A stretch of DNA of 64,000 bases from assembly GCA_044229845.1 (NCBI GenBank), contig JBGASG010000002.1, forward strand, positions 512,001-576,000. The letters run 5' to 3'. The position numbers and the translations under genes were made by a program. This document shows, one piece after another, positions 21,001-30,674 of this stretch; the stretch's first letter is position 1, and each line of letters begins with the position of its first letter. The stretch is from Candidatus Obscuribacteraceae bacterium. Lineage in GTDB: Bacteria; Cyanobacteriota; Vampirovibrionia; Obscuribacterales; Obscuribacteraceae. The notes below the pieces were generated by a model. The model had not been told where the DNA came from. It did not search any database and worked only from the letters and a program-made list of their open reading frames with translations.

Positions 21001-22293
21001 CTCGGCGAGTGCGCGTTGCAAATGAAGGACAATGCCGATGCCGTCAAAAATTACACGGAAGCCGTCAGCCTCGATCCGAAAGATCCCGCCTATCTGGTGG
21101 GGCGCGCCGGGGCATATCTGGAAGCCGGACGCGGTGATGATGCGCTTCGCGACGCCAATGCCGCACTGGCACTCAACCCCAATTATGCGGACGGACTGAA
21201 GGTACGGGCACTGGCCTTTGCTCGCACATTCGACTATCCAAAATCCCTGGATGACTCGGATGAATACCTGCGTCGCAATAGCAACCCACCCGCGGATGCG
21301 TACGCCACCAGAGCGCTTGCTCTCTTGCATATGAAACGCTACGCGGAAGCCGTAGACGATTATTCACGAGCCGCCCGCATGGATTCGACCAAGGGCGAGT
21401 ATGTGGCAGGCAAGGCGGAAGCCCTGAAGGACGCTGGCCAATACAGAGAAGCCATTGCCGCTGTGGAAAAAGCGCTGAACATGATGGGCAGACGTATAGA
21501 ACTGCTCCGTCTGCGCGGCGATTGCTACGTTCTCAACAATCAGCTCGATGATGCTATCAAAGACTACGAGGCCGTGGCCTCCATTAGCCCTGCCAAGGAA
21601 AACCTGGTGCGCACGGCGGATGTGGCCATGAAGGCCAACCAGTTCAACATGGCTAATTACTATTACACGAAGGCTCTGGAGATTGATCCGAAGGACACTC
21701 GTATCAAGACTCTCAAAGAACTGGCCAGCAAGAACGTCGCATCTAAGGCAGTCGTGATCAGCGTTCCCACCCAGCCGACATCCAGTTCAATTTCACCGGC
21801 AATTATTGCCAAGTCTTCCCCGAGTCAGCTGAACTCCATGGGCGTGCGCTACATGGGCAGCGGCTACTACCAGGAAGCCGCCTCTCTCTTCGCCGCCGCT
21901 CTGAAGCGCCAGCCGAAGAACATCGAAGCCCGGCGACAGCTGACCCAGTGCTACCTGCAACTCGGACAACGCAGCGAAGCGAAAGCTCAGATTCGCACCC
22001 TGGTATCTATGAAGGCTCTCAGTGCCTACGATGCGCAGTACTTCGCGCGTTCCTTGCTCGCCTTGAACGACGCGGCGGACGTGCCCGGATTCCTCTGGCC
22101 AGTGCTGCGGTCGCACAAGCGGGACTTCTCGCTGCGAGCCACCTTGATCCAGGCGCTCATGGCCTCCCGGCAGAACAGTCAGGCCATGCAGGTCGCGGCC
22201 GAAGGCGTGTCACTGGCTCAGCGAGAGCAAGACAAAGCGATGATGCAGGAATACCTCCGCACCGCCCAACAAGCTCCATACGGACGCCGCTAG
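18088..22293 (+). CDS. large Pro/Gln/Ala-rich single-pass membrane TPR protein, paralog of 16633..17910
   Basis: About 900-aa low-complexity N-terminus, a TM helix, then a TPR array colinear with the upstream protein. Confidence 0.85.
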   Translation: MTADYMDNAPKPQDESTRSEEERKAAAANDPNAPAPANGGAAGAPSTEASQSGSFKAVFGSGQGSNPWSASGGQNPWDDGPGGQQPAQNQPSSGNAGQPGDPQAAAGQEGGPWGNIGLAGPPSQRLGSIKNPESQIDAASKVLDASSANQSEESRKAAQDMLLNDPWLNPAAGWVQMVLPSKEGEAAPAEGAPTGGPQSAQDGDSAADFLSAWGEADAPSLPKGPSALKGLGVSLNPSKSGNVIPEPLPRLAAPQEPEPEAEDDALGLDPHDRLFPVGQGGRNEPSEAYQKLFDTGSHPIIQLEDRMTAPEGMGIQDPALREKPTGPQPPPPPEPTRQPTPAPSAPEVAPQPAPAGPPPLPNSAPAAAAPPMPSAAPEPASPPPLPPAPDAAAPPPVAPAAVPPNAAPHMQPMPPAHTAGAQEPPKPAQPGWMKESGGLTSTQTGLPALHPPQQQLPSWLAGSQQQQSQQQQQQAQQLPQQSAPQPAQPPQAPPAAAPEPVQAAPVAAAPGEAPRPTTPPPLPPQHQQAFPPEGPPTQQGLPAQHQHVPGWMLESPAQRAAKELPPEAPAPAAPIEKPQQQLPSWLQSQSTQTNLPAQPDPFQQPPTAMPQPAPAEPPAAVQQTPPAPAAPPTPTPPPPAPEPVAPVAESTPPPLPPAPPPAAPPPPPMEQPSFAEPFDQTVPPFPNGQPPLQPISETPAAPPPLPAAPPPLPTAAPNYTPQSTQQAPVQQPPQQSMPPMSSQGGFVSYQQSAPPPQAPQSPPPAPPPTSAPPPLPSTPAASPYDPMQAHAELDSYAQAARFQAASGSAAPTPPPAGPAGSDQVSSGQQAVEGTGSHHSLLPPHKPHRQPDDDGELSADELRAMRRKKTTDALRRATTSDEAEPETEEEAETKATIAKIGPAMTMSGIAVATILLLGAFGLLINYMMGHGEANNALKVAQSFLRQGNPKEARRTLEPLVKQGTKDAGVYAALGECALQMKDNADAVKNYTEAVSLDPKDPAYLVGRAGAYLEAGRGDDALRDANAALALNPNYADGLKVRALAFARTFDYPKSLDDSDEYLRRNSNPPADAYATRALALLHMKRYAEAVDDYSRAARMDSTKGEYVAGKAEALKDAGQYREAIAAVEKALNMMGRRIELLRLRGDCYVLNNQLDDAIKDYEAVASISPAKENLVRTADVAMKANQFNMANYYYTKALEIDPKDTRIKTLKELASKNVASKAVVISVPTQPTSSSISPAIIAKSSPSQLNSMGVRYMGSGYYQEAASLFAAALKRQPKNIEARRQLTQCYLQLGQRSEAKAQIRTLVSMKALSAYDAQYFARSLLALNDAADVPGFLWPVLRSHKRDFSLRATLIQALMASRQNSQAMQVAAEGVSLAQREQDKAMMQEYLRTAQQAPYGRR

Positions 22294-22328
22294 CCGCCCA
22301 GTCCGGCCACTGGATTTTATCTGCGGTG

Positions 22329-23420
22329 TCAGTGCGGTGCCAGCACTACGGCCGCGATGGCGGCGATCAGCAAAATCAAACAAAGCGCGCCGGCAATCAT
22401 GACAGGCAAGGAGATACTCTTGCCTTTGTCGTCATCCGCTGCTGCAACCTTCTGGTTAGACTTCTCTTCCACCGAGAAGTAGTGCGCGCCGCTACGCGAC
22501 ATCTCTTCCCGCTCAATGGCTTCCATCTCTTCCAGACTGAGGCGCTTCGCCGGACGGGCGCTGCTGCTCTCCGGTCCGAGATTGGACAACTCCGGAATGA
22601 ATTCATCGTACTTGGGGACCGACTTCACTTGATCTCGAGGATGGGTGACGCCACCACCCCTGGTGACAGGTCGATCGTCGGTCATAGCAGTATTCTCTTT
22701 GAGAAACGCTTCGCGCGCGTCCTGATCGGAAAGCTGCGCATAAACATCCTGCAGCATCTGGCGTTGCTGCGCAGTCAGGGCTGCGTTGCTCGGTCCCAGC
22801 AGTTCTTGCTGAAAGTCTATGAAAGCTTGCATGCTGGCCTGGTCGCCACCGTAAGTTGCCCTGGTCAGCTCGGTCCGCTGTTGCTCGTTCAGTCCTTTTC
22901 CGTCCATCATGTCGGAAAACTCGTTGTTGCTCTGCAAGAATGCGCGGCGGTCCGCTTCGTTGTTCAGGCGCGCGTACAGCCCAAGCAGCTTCTGCTGTTC
23001 TTCATTGAGCGAAGATTTAGTTGGTCCGCTTTTGTCGAAGTTGGGATCGGACTCCTGAAAGACCTTGGATTCTTCCTCTTGAAGAAACAAAGATTCTTCC
23101 TTTGCACGCTCAAGCTCGTAGACGTACGAGCCGGTGTCCACGCTGAGACTCTGCCGCAAGTCCGATGGCACATCGGTCTCGATAAACTGGAAAACGGCGA
23201 CCCCCGATTCCATAAATTCGTGCAACGCACCATCCCCGGTATTACCGGTGTAGGTGTTGATGGCTCCCAGTATCTCGCCGTTGTCTATGGCGAGACGACC
23301 GTTGACCGAACTGGAAATGACACGCAGAATGCCGCTCGCTTTGGCACCGAATATGATGCTCAGCGCCTCACTCAGGTGTGATTTCTCTGCTACGGCCGTG
23401 GCCAAGTCCATTATTTTCAA
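22329..23420 (-). CDS. DUF4388/PATAN-like domain protein with C-terminal TM anchor
   Basis: KASGILRV...GRLAIDNGEILGA...GDGALHE...VFQF pattern; hydrophobic C-terminus. Confidence 0.7.
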   Translation of the reverse strand: MKIMDLATAVAEKSHLSEALSIIFGAKASGILRVISSSVNGRLAIDNGEILGAINTYTGNTGDGALHEFMESGVAVFQFIETDVPSDLRQSLSVDTGSYVYELERAKEESLFLQEEESKVFQESDPNFDKSGPTKSSLNEEQQKLLGLYARLNNEADRRAFLQSNNEFSDMMDGKGLNEQQRTELTRATYGGDQASMQAFIDFQQELLGPSNAALTAQQRQMLQDVYAQLSDQDAREAFLKENTAMTDDRPVTRGGGVTHPRDQVKSVPKYDEFIPELSNLGPESSSARPAKRLSLEEMEAIEREEMSRSGAHYFSVEEKSNQKVAAADDDKGKSISLPVMIAGALCLILLIAAIAAVVLAPH

Positions 23421-24505
23421 GTACCATCTAGTTGCGCAAAGTAAGTCAGGTCTGCCTGCATCTCTGCTGCTGATTGATAGCGGTCTTCAGGCTTTTTGGC
23501 AAGTGCTTTCCCGACAATTACGTCGATCACCTCGGAATGTTCAAAGCTGGCTAATTGCGATGGAGGTGTGTGAGGCACCTGAACGTGCATTGCCATCAAG
23601 TTTCGTACACCATTCGCCTTGAACGGCTGGCGTCCGACAATCATCTCGTAGAATATACAGCCAAGAGCATAGAGATCGGAACGCTCGTCAACAGAATATC
23701 CACGAATTTGTTCCGGTGACATATATCCGAGGCTGCCAATGGCCACGCCGGAACGCTCGCTCTTCTCCCACTGCAAAGCCGCGATACCGAAGTCGAGAAT
23801 CTTGGCGACCAAAGAGTCGCTCTCGATGACAAGCATCACGTTTTCCGGCTTCATGTCGCGATGGATGACGCCCTGCCTGTGACACGAATGCAGACCGGCG
23901 CAGACTTGAGCCAACAAATCGGCTGCTTCGTAAGGCGGAATGGTGCCGGCTTTCTGCATGACGCGCCGCAGCGTATCGCCTTCCACGTACTCCATGACCA
24001 GGTAAGGCTTCAAACTTCCCAGCATGATGCCCCAGTCGAGCACGCTGACGACATTGGTGTGATGCAGGTTGATCTGGACTTTGCATTCCTGAACAAAGCG
24101 ATTGAAGGACGGATCATCGGGATCTGAGTCCTTGAGCATCAACTTCAACGCCACTGGAATGTTGCGCACCAGGTGACGAGCGCGAAAGACCTGTCCCATG
24201 CCGCCTTTTTCGAGGGCTGCCTCAATCTGATAAATTTCGTTGATGACGTGTCCCTGCAATTCATGCGGGACCTGAGCTTCTTTATCTTTCTTCTTGCTGG
24301 GCGTCTGCGGCTCGTTGCCAGTGGTCGGTGACGGCGTCTGTTGCTGCAGATTCTCGCCCGTCGGATTGAGCGACATGGGTTCAGCGCCGGTGCCGCCAAA
24401 GCCCGACGCCTGCACGAACTTCATCATCGGAGGAGGCGTCTTTTCAGTGTTGGCGGGCTTGCGCTCGTCCTTGCGCGGCTGTTTATTGAACCGATTTTGC
24501 AGCAT
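23417..24505 (-). CDS. Hanks-type Ser/Thr protein kinase, no TM helix
   Basis: KGGMGQV, VALK, HRDMKPEN, DFG, YMSPE; 4-bp overlap with the DUF4388 gene. Confidence 0.95.
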   Translation of the reverse strand: MLQNRFNKQPRKDERKPANTEKTPPPMMKFVQASGFGGTGAEPMSLNPTGENLQQQTPSPTTGNEPQTPSKKKDKEAQVPHELQGHVINEIYQIEAALEKGGMGQVFRARHLVRNIPVALKLMLKDSDPDDPSFNRFVQECKVQINLHHTNVVSVLDWGIMLGSLKPYLVMEYVEGDTLRRVMQKAGTIPPYEAADLLAQVCAGLHSCHRQGVIHRDMKPENVMLVIESDSLVAKILDFGIAALQWEKSERSGVAIGSLGYMSPEQIRGYSVDERSDLYALGCIFYEMIVGRQPFKANGVRNLMAMHVQVPHTPPSQLASFEHSEVIDVIVGKALAKKPEDRYQSAAEMQADLTYFAQLDGT

Positions 24506-24598
24506 GGTAGCTATTCAGAGAAGAATTTCGCCATATCTGCTTTTTGCCCGGATTCAGCGCACCTATATCATTACAGACGAAATGTGTAGATCAGTAAT

Positions 24599-25657
24599 CT
24601 AGATGGGGGGCGGCGGCTCGGGCCGAGAATCAGCCGTCTGGCGCCCGTCTGCAGGCTCGTTATTGGCGGGAAGCGGTCCGGGCAGAGGTCCGTGCAGCGC
24701 CTGTTCGTTAACCTGCAGCCCTGAATCCGGCTCCAGCGGCGACGAGTGCCGGGTGCGAATGGCTGGAATGCTCTCGGTCTGGAAGTTTTGCGGTTCAGAC
24801 ACATCCAGCGAGCCGGGACCATCAGCCTCGAAGCCGTCCAGACGATCTTTTATCGGCTGCTTAGCTATCTTGAGAGGCACGCTGTTATCCAGACTGAGGT
24901 CGATATATTCCAGCCTGTCACGATAATCCACCAAGACCGGCATCACCGACGCCAGGCGTCCCAGCCGGCGAGTCAGTCCCGAGTCGGCGGGACCGACCTT
25001 CAAATGCAAATCGCCCGTCTCAATACTGATATCAGTTGGTTTCTGCATGTCGACAGCCGTCACGGCGGCACCGGTCTGAGCCGAAACCAGGGAGAGCCAG
25101 TCAGCCCACTTCGCCACATCAGACTCTTTAAACTGAGCGGCGCCAGTTCCGTAAAACTTCAGAGGCGGCTGGATTACAGCCGGAAAGTCTTTGATGGGGA
25201 TGATCCTGCCGCTCTGAGCAATCACCGCATATGGTGGCACATCCGGAGCCGTGCAGAGGGTGGCCCAGGGAAATTCTTCCAGGACCTCCACGACCAGATG
25301 CGGATGCGGCAACAGACAACGACGCACAAACGCGTACTTCACAGCCGGCAGTTTATTGACCTGCGCTTCCAGTTTTTGCGGGTCGAGACTGAATAGCGGC
25401 TTGCCGGTGTAGGCTCTCAGAGCTGCTCTCACCTGCTCGGTGGAGGCTACCTTGTTGTTGCGCACTTCAATCGCTTCCGGATTGTTGTTGGGCAGCCACC
25501 AGTCGACACGCGTGAAGCCGGCCACGCCTAAAGTAACCAGACCAGCCAGCAGCACATATCGGATCAACTGTCTTCTGATACGTGCCAAGCGAGCCACCTT
25601 GCGCTTTTTGCGGCGCCCGCGGATCCACTCTTGGCGATCGGAAAGACGTTCGGTCAT
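24599..25657 (-). CDS. ftsQ: cell division protein FtsQ/DivIB
   Basis: Basic N-terminus, TM helix, POTRA-like region (LPAVKYAFVRR...VEVLE), LEYIDLS. Confidence 0.8.
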   Translation of the reverse strand: MTERLSDRQEWIRGRRKKRKVARLARIRRQLIRYVLLAGLVTLGVAGFTRVDWWLPNNNPEAIEVRNNKVASTEQVRAALRAYTGKPLFSLDPQKLEAQVNKLPAVKYAFVRRCLLPHPHLVVEVLEEFPWATLCTAPDVPPYAVIAQSGRIIPIKDFPAVIQPPLKFYGTGAAQFKESDVAKWADWLSLVSAQTGAAVTAVDMQKPTDISIETGDLHLKVGPADSGLTRRLGRLASVMPVLVDYRDRLEYIDLSLDNSVPLKIAKQPIKDRLDGFEADGPGSLDVSEPQNFQTESIPAIRTRHSSPLEPDSGLQVNEQALHGPLPGPLPANNEPADGRQTADSRPEPPPPI

Positions 25658-26631
25658 GCAGACAGTTTACTCAAAACCCAGCGTAAATCTACGTTTCCTT
25701 CAAAGACAAATTTTGCCGGACCGCTGATGTGCACATGGTCATCTTTTTGCAACCATTCGATATGCAATGGACCCCCGGGAAGATCCACTGCCACAGTGCG
25801 CTCCAACCGACCTTCCAGATTGCCTGCCACCACGGTCGCCGCCGCCCCGGTAGCACAGGCAAGGGTGCGTCCGGCTCCACGTTCCCAGACCTGCACCTGC
25901 ACGTGCGCCGGCGAAGCGATATCAACGAACTCCACATTCACACCCTCAGGAAACATCGGGTGCAACTGCAGCTGTTGCGCGCAGGAGGCCATCTGCGTTT
26001 CGTTTTGCAGACCGTGATCGAACAGCACGCAATGCGGGTTTCCCATGCTGACGCAAGTGGCGGTCACCGAGTGTTGATCGTCGATTGCAATTGGAACGCG
26101 CACGACACTTTCACGCCGAGCCCCGGTCACGGGGATCAAATCGCTAGTCAGAATCGGACTGCCCAGGTCGGTTTTGATTTCGTCTGCATTCTGGAAATTT
26201 ACCGGGACCGCACCAACTTCGGTGTCGACCAGAAAGTCGCCCATTTCGATCATTCCGCGCCGATGAGCCCAGAGAGCCAGGCAGCGAATACCATTGCCGC
26301 ACATTGCTGACCCGGAACCGTCGCTGTTCGTGTAGCTCCACCGACAAAGGCAGCTGGAGTTCTGACTTTGAGAGACCAGAATCAGTCCATCACCACCAAT
26401 GCCAAAACGCCGATCGCAGAGCACTTTCGCCACTTGCGCCTTGACGTTGTGCCAGTCGGCGAGCAGGTTTTTTCCTTCCTGCGTCGCTTGCAAATCTCCT
26501 TCAGAGAGAAACACGAAATCGTTGCCCAAACCCTGCAGCTTGGAGAAGGGCAGCAACAGCGGCTGCGCACCGGATGTGTTGTCGCTATTGATGTAAGTCA
26601 CCGGTTGTTTTGCAACAGGCATGCCGTCCAC
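25654..26631 (-). CDS. dapF: diaminopimelate epimerase
   Basis: GLGNDF, NSDGS..MCGNG, SMGNPH, ERGAGRTLACATG. Confidence 0.95.
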   Translation of the reverse strand: MDGMPVAKQPVTYINSDNTSGAQPLLLPFSKLQGLGNDFVFLSEGDLQATQEGKNLLADWHNVKAQVAKVLCDRRFGIGGDGLILVSQSQNSSCLCRWSYTNSDGSGSAMCGNGIRCLALWAHRRGMIEMGDFLVDTEVGAVPVNFQNADEIKTDLGSPILTSDLIPVTGARRESVVRVPIAIDDQHSVTATCVSMGNPHCVLFDHGLQNETQMASCAQQLQLHPMFPEGVNVEFVDIASPAHVQVQVWERGAGRTLACATGAAATVVAGNLEGRLERTVAVDLPGGPLHIEWLQKDDHVHISGPAKFVFEGNVDLRWVLSKLSA

Positions 26632-26851
26632 TCTGCTCGTCTGCTCACGACCTGCGGCGCGCGATCAATTGCCATGCCGGAAAGCGGCTGACAATACATT
26701 ATATCCAAACAATCTTGACAAGAACCTTGGCAAAAGATCATGTAGGAGACCAGGACGATTTTCGCCACCAGATATGGTGTGTATCGGTATTGCATATGCC
26801 ACTACATACGGTTTATATTAGTAGCTCCGGGCGGGCGGCAGGAAATTTACT

Positions 26852-27718
26852 ATGCGCATCTATATATCTGTAGACCTGGAGGGTATCAACGGAGTCGTGC
26901 ACTCCAGCCAGACCCAGCCAGAAGGTCCAGGCTATGCCAGGGCTGTCCAGCTCATGCATGACGAACTAAATGCCGTAATTGAAGGCGCTCGGGAAGGCGG
27001 CGCCACAGACATTTGCGTCAACGACGCCCACTGGGACATGCGCAACCTGCGCCCGGAAGACCTGCCGGACGGCGTCACCTTAATTACGGGCTGGCAGAAA
27101 CCTTTCTCTATGGTAGGCGGGCTGCCCGCTGGCGCCGCAGGACACGCACAGCTGGTGGACGGCAAGTTCGACTGCGCCATGTTTGTCGGATACCACGCGC
27201 GTCAGGGACACGCCTATGGTGTGTTGAGCCACACGTACAGAGCAACGATCTTCTATGAGGTGCGGCTGAACGGTAAACCGGCCGGCGAAACTGCGCTCAA
27301 CGCCGCTCTGGCTGGGCACTTCGGTGTGCCGATTGCGCTGGTTACCGGTGACGACGCGCTCTGCCAGGAGGCGACAGAACTACTGGGCGATATCCCGGCT
27401 GTGATGGTCAAGAAAGCGATTTCCAGATACTCGGCCGCGCATCTGCCTCGCGCAAAAATTCTTGACAACTTGAAACGCACAGCCTGCGAAACTATGAAAA
27501 ACAAAAGTCGCTGGAAGCTCTACCAGTGCCCGACTCCGTGCCGGATCGCCATTACCTTCTTCGACCCCTCAATGGCTGACGGGGCGGAGCTTTTGCCCGA
27601 GGTGAAACGCGTCGACGCCCGTACAGTCGAGTTTGGCGGCGATGATTACAGTGTAATTTTTCGTCTCATGCTGGCTGTCGGCGCTCTCGGAGCGACACGC
27701 AAAGACCCACATTTCTGA
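26852..27718 (+). CDS. M55 family D-aminopeptidase (DppA-like)
   Basis: YISVDLEG, NDAH, GYHA, LSHT, GET motifs. Confidence 0.92.
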   Translation: MRIYISVDLEGINGVVHSSQTQPEGPGYARAVQLMHDELNAVIEGAREGGATDICVNDAHWDMRNLRPEDLPDGVTLITGWQKPFSMVGGLPAGAAGHAQLVDGKFDCAMFVGYHARQGHAYGVLSHTYRATIFYEVRLNGKPAGETALNAALAGHFGVPIALVTGDDALCQEATELLGDIPAVMVKKAISRYSAAHLPRAKILDNLKRTACETMKNKSRWKLYQCPTPCRIAITFFDPSMADGAELLPEVKRVDARTVEFGGDDYSVIFRLMLAVGALGATRKDPHF

Positions 27719-27886
27719 TTAAATTTGAAATAGCTGCCTCTTGACGTGATGTTTAGGGAGCAGTCCCGGGTATTTAAAAAGTGTCGACCAGAGCAATCGC
27801 GCACGGCTTACCAGAGCCGCTGCGACTGCTGTTGTGCGGCCGCATATTTTTGTCTCTCCTTGCTTCACCAACGGACTAGAAACGAG

Positions 27887-28387
27887 ATGTTCCAACCTTC
27901 CTCGCAGCACCTTTCCCTCAGACAGCAAGTCATCGCGCTCAGCCAGGCTTATCCTTGCCCGCGCTGCACGCCCGGCACGCTCGAGCCGTTCGGGCTCACG
28001 GAAACCCTCATGTGCTCCAGCTGTCGTCGCGGATTCGTACCGCTGCGCGGCGGCCGTTTTCTTTATCCGGCTCAGCATCTCGGATGGAAAATAGCGCCGA
28101 CCTTCTGGTGGGACGGATTCCGTTGGCACTGGGGCGGCACCACTGCCACCACCCGCCAACTGTGCACCATAGTGCTGATGAGTTTACTTCCTGTCATAGG
28201 AATGATGGTGGCATCCACACTGGCGAAAGGCTGGTGGCTAGCCACTCTCCCGCGTTGGTGTGATCCGGCATTGCTGGCTCCGATCGTCGGACTGATTACT
28301 ATGCAATTGATATATTTGCTATGCTGGGATTTCGATCTCTTCTCGCGCCGCCCCCGTTGCTCCAGACGGACCACAGCAGTCGAGTAG
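27887..28387 (+). CDS. hypothetical zinc-ribbon membrane protein
   Basis: YPCPRC...LMCSSC followed by two TM helices; start taken at ATG 27887. Confidence 0.65.
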   Translation: MFQPSSQHLSLRQQVIALSQAYPCPRCTPGTLEPFGLTETLMCSSCRRGFVPLRGGRFLYPAQHLGWKIAPTFWWDGFRWHWGGTTATTRQLCTIVLMSLLPVIGMMVASTLAKGWWLATLPRWCDPALLAPIVGLITMQLIYLLCWDFDLFSRRPRCSRRTTAVE

Positions 28388-28483
28388 AAATTTCGCGTCA
28401 GCTTTTCTCGCCGTAACCAAGTCGCAATCGCATACGGCGCGGTTAGTTGTCGCACCAGTAATCCCGCCACCAGAGACTCATGC

Positions 28484-29068
28484 ATGCTGAACAGGTTTTA
28501 CGGACTGATTATGTGCACCGCCGTGTCGGGCGCCATGCTCGCCGGTGTTTACATCCCATCGGATCCCCAGTACTACTTCCTGCTCTCCGGCATTCTCGCA
28601 GCCTGGGTAGTCGCCGACGCCATCGAGCGCCGCTACAATCCACTGCAGACCTTCAGTTGGGCTTTCGGCTCGATTCTCCTGGCGCCACTGGTGGTGCCTC
28701 GCTGGTATGCCACCAGAAAGCTGAAAATCGGTGAAGAACGCAAAGGCGGCAGAGACGCCAATTACTTGCAGGCGTTCGGCATCGTTACTGTGATGTACAC
28801 CGGACTCTCCTGCGCTCTCAACTTTCTCAACTTCGGATCTAATTGCGGCTTCGAGCTGATCATTCATACGGGCTTTGCCGCCGCCGGCTGCGCTCTGGTG
28901 ATGGGACTCAACTGCCGACAGGAGTCGGTCACCGAGACCGGACGCCCATTGCCTGACAGTGCTGCACCGCGCACCGCCGGCACCGCCGGCACCACCACCA
29001 CGGCTACGGCTGAGGTGGAAGTGACGACGACCGCCGCCCGCTCGCAGAGCGACGACCACCTCGACTAG
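28484..29068 (+). CDS. hypothetical membrane protein
   Basis: Several hydrophobic segments and a Thr/Ala-rich tail. Confidence 0.65.
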   Translation: MLNRFYGLIMCTAVSGAMLAGVYIPSDPQYYFLLSGILAAWVVADAIERRYNPLQTFSWAFGSILLAPLVVPRWYATRKLKIGEERKGGRDANYLQAFGIVTVMYTGLSCALNFLNFGSNCGFELIIHTGFAAAGCALVMGLNCRQESVTETGRPLPDSAAPRTAGTAGTTTTATAEVEVTTTAARSQSDDHLD

Positions 29069-29113
29069 TTCGCCTGGTTTCGACTGATTCACGTTCTAAA
29101 AGTTCAACTCGAC

Positions 29114-29146
29114 CGGGCTCGGTTCCTCACTTCGGTACCGAGCCCG
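29114..29146. repeat. 10-bp inverted repeat (hairpin) upstream of rsmH
   Basis: CGGGCTCGGT-N13-ACCGAGCCCG, no U-tract. Confidence 0.5.
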
Positions 29147-29204
29147 ATAATTTGCGGCGTGCATAAGCCGCGGAATGACGTGGCGCACAGTTATAATCAT
29201 CGCC

Positions 29205-30161
29205 ATGAGCGAAATGGCGCACACGCCGGTCATGGCGGATGAAGCTTTATCCTGGCTGAACATTCAGCCTGGCAAGACCTACGTCGACGCCACTGTCGGC
29301 GCCGGTGGTCACTTGCGAAAGATACTGGACGCCGCGGCTGGTCAGGGGCAAGTAATCGGCATCGACCGCGATCTGCTGTCGCTCGAACGCCTCAGGCAAT
29401 CGTTCGCCGGCAGCCCTGCGCACTGGCCGGAACTGGTGCATGCCAACTACAGCGAACTGCGCTCCGTGATCGGCGCGCTTGGATTCAGCACCATATCTGG
29501 TGGCATACTAGCCGATCTGGGCGTTTCCTCCATGCAGCTTGACAATTCAGATCGGGGGTTCAGCTTTGTCGATGATGGGCCCCTCGACATGCGCATGGAC
29601 CCGACAGCGCATACCACCGCCGAACAGCTGATAAATAAGTTAAGTGAAAAGGAATTGGCGGACGTCATATATCGATACGGAGAAGAGAGACTTAGCCGTC
29701 CAATAGCCAGAGCTATAGCCGGTGCACGGCCGTTGCATACAACCCTGCAACTAGCGGAAGTGGTATCGAAGGTGGTTCGACACTATCAGCGGGGTCACCG
29801 TTCTAAAGATTCGTCGCACCCGGCAACTCGCACTTTCCAAGCCATCCGCATTGCCGTTAATGACGAACTGGCAAACCTGGAATCGTTTTTGCGCGAGTCG
29901 ATAGACCTCTTGGAACCTGGCGCCAGGCTGGTTGTGATCACTTTTCACAGCCTCGAAGATCGCATGGTTAAGCAAATTCTCAGAGAGGCTGCATCGCCCT
30001 GTATCTGCCCGCCTCGCCATCCTATATGCACGTGCAATAAAACTGCGGTAATGAAAATTCTGACGCCAAAGCCGGTGGCACCCAGTGAGAAAGAAGTACT
30101 TGCCAATCCCCGGAGCCGTAGTGCTAAACTACGAGTCGGAGAGAGGTTGGGGAATTTCTGA
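29205..30161 (+). CDS. rsmH: 16S rRNA m4C1402 methyltransferase
   Basis: HTPVM, DATVGAGGH, DLGVSSMQLD, HPATRTFQAIRI, NPRSRSAKLR. Confidence 0.97.
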   Translation: MSEMAHTPVMADEALSWLNIQPGKTYVDATVGAGGHLRKILDAAAGQGQVIGIDRDLLSLERLRQSFAGSPAHWPELVHANYSELRSVIGALGFSTISGGILADLGVSSMQLDNSDRGFSFVDDGPLDMRMDPTAHTTAEQLINKLSEKELADVIYRYGEERLSRPIARAIAGARPLHTTLQLAEVVSKVVRHYQRGHRSKDSSHPATRTFQAIRIAVNDELANLESFLRESIDLLEPGARLVVITFHSLEDRMVKQILREAASPCICPPRHPICTCNKTAVMKILTPKPVAPSEKEVLANPRSRSAKLRVGERLGNF

Positions 30162-30166
30162 ACGGC

Positions 30167-30601
30167 ATGATGCAAGTTAGTCTTCCTGTTTCGAATGCAC
30201 CGACAAGCGCTCCGGCGCAACATATTTACGTCGTACCAGATTGGACGCCGAACACACGCGCCACCCGCCGCGTTCCGCTCGTCACCCGCGTCAACCGTTT
30301 GCTGCGCAACGTATTGATCACCATGTGTGGACTGGCTCTGCTCGGTTATGGACTGGACGTCGCAGCATCGAACGACGTCAGCAAATTGCAAGGACAAGCG
30401 CGCCGGCTCGGCGAGCAAAATACAGAACTGTCCGCGCAACTCCTGCGAGCCATCTCATTTCAAGGCATCCAGGCCAGTGTAGTCGGCCGCACCGGATTGC
30501 GCGTGCCGCCGCATGTGCTCGTCGTTCAAGAAGCAGAGCCAATAAAGCCTGAGCCTTACAAACCTTTGCGGCATTATCTGCCGCTGATGTCCGGATATTG
30601 A
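30167..30601 (+). CDS. FtsL-like cell division protein
   Basis: Position between rsmH and a class B PBP; TM helix followed by a coiled coil. Confidence 0.6.
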   Translation: MMQVSLPVSNAPTSAPAQHIYVVPDWTPNTRATRRVPLVTRVNRLLRNVLITMCGLALLGYGLDVAASNDVSKLQGQARRLGEQNTELSAQLLRAISFQGIQASVVGRTGLRVPPHVLVVQEAEPIKPEPYKPLRHYLPLMSGY

Positions 30602-30674
30602 TTTGACCTACACCGAATGTGGTGGCACACCTCAGTGATGAAACGCCACCGGATCCTTTTATAAGACGGAGTGC

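Noticed and set aside
21948..23381. 477-aa plus-strand ORF
   Set aside because: Overlaps two better-supported genes and shows no motifs.
26711..26735. CTTGACAA/CTTGGCAA pair as the same operator as at 56197
   Set aside because: Short match, 12-bp rather than 11-bp spacing, and it overlaps a likely -35 TTGACA.
29192..29207. Leaderless rsmH promoter (TATAAT 7 nt before ATG)
   Set aside because: No matching -35 element; cannot be supported without TSS data.
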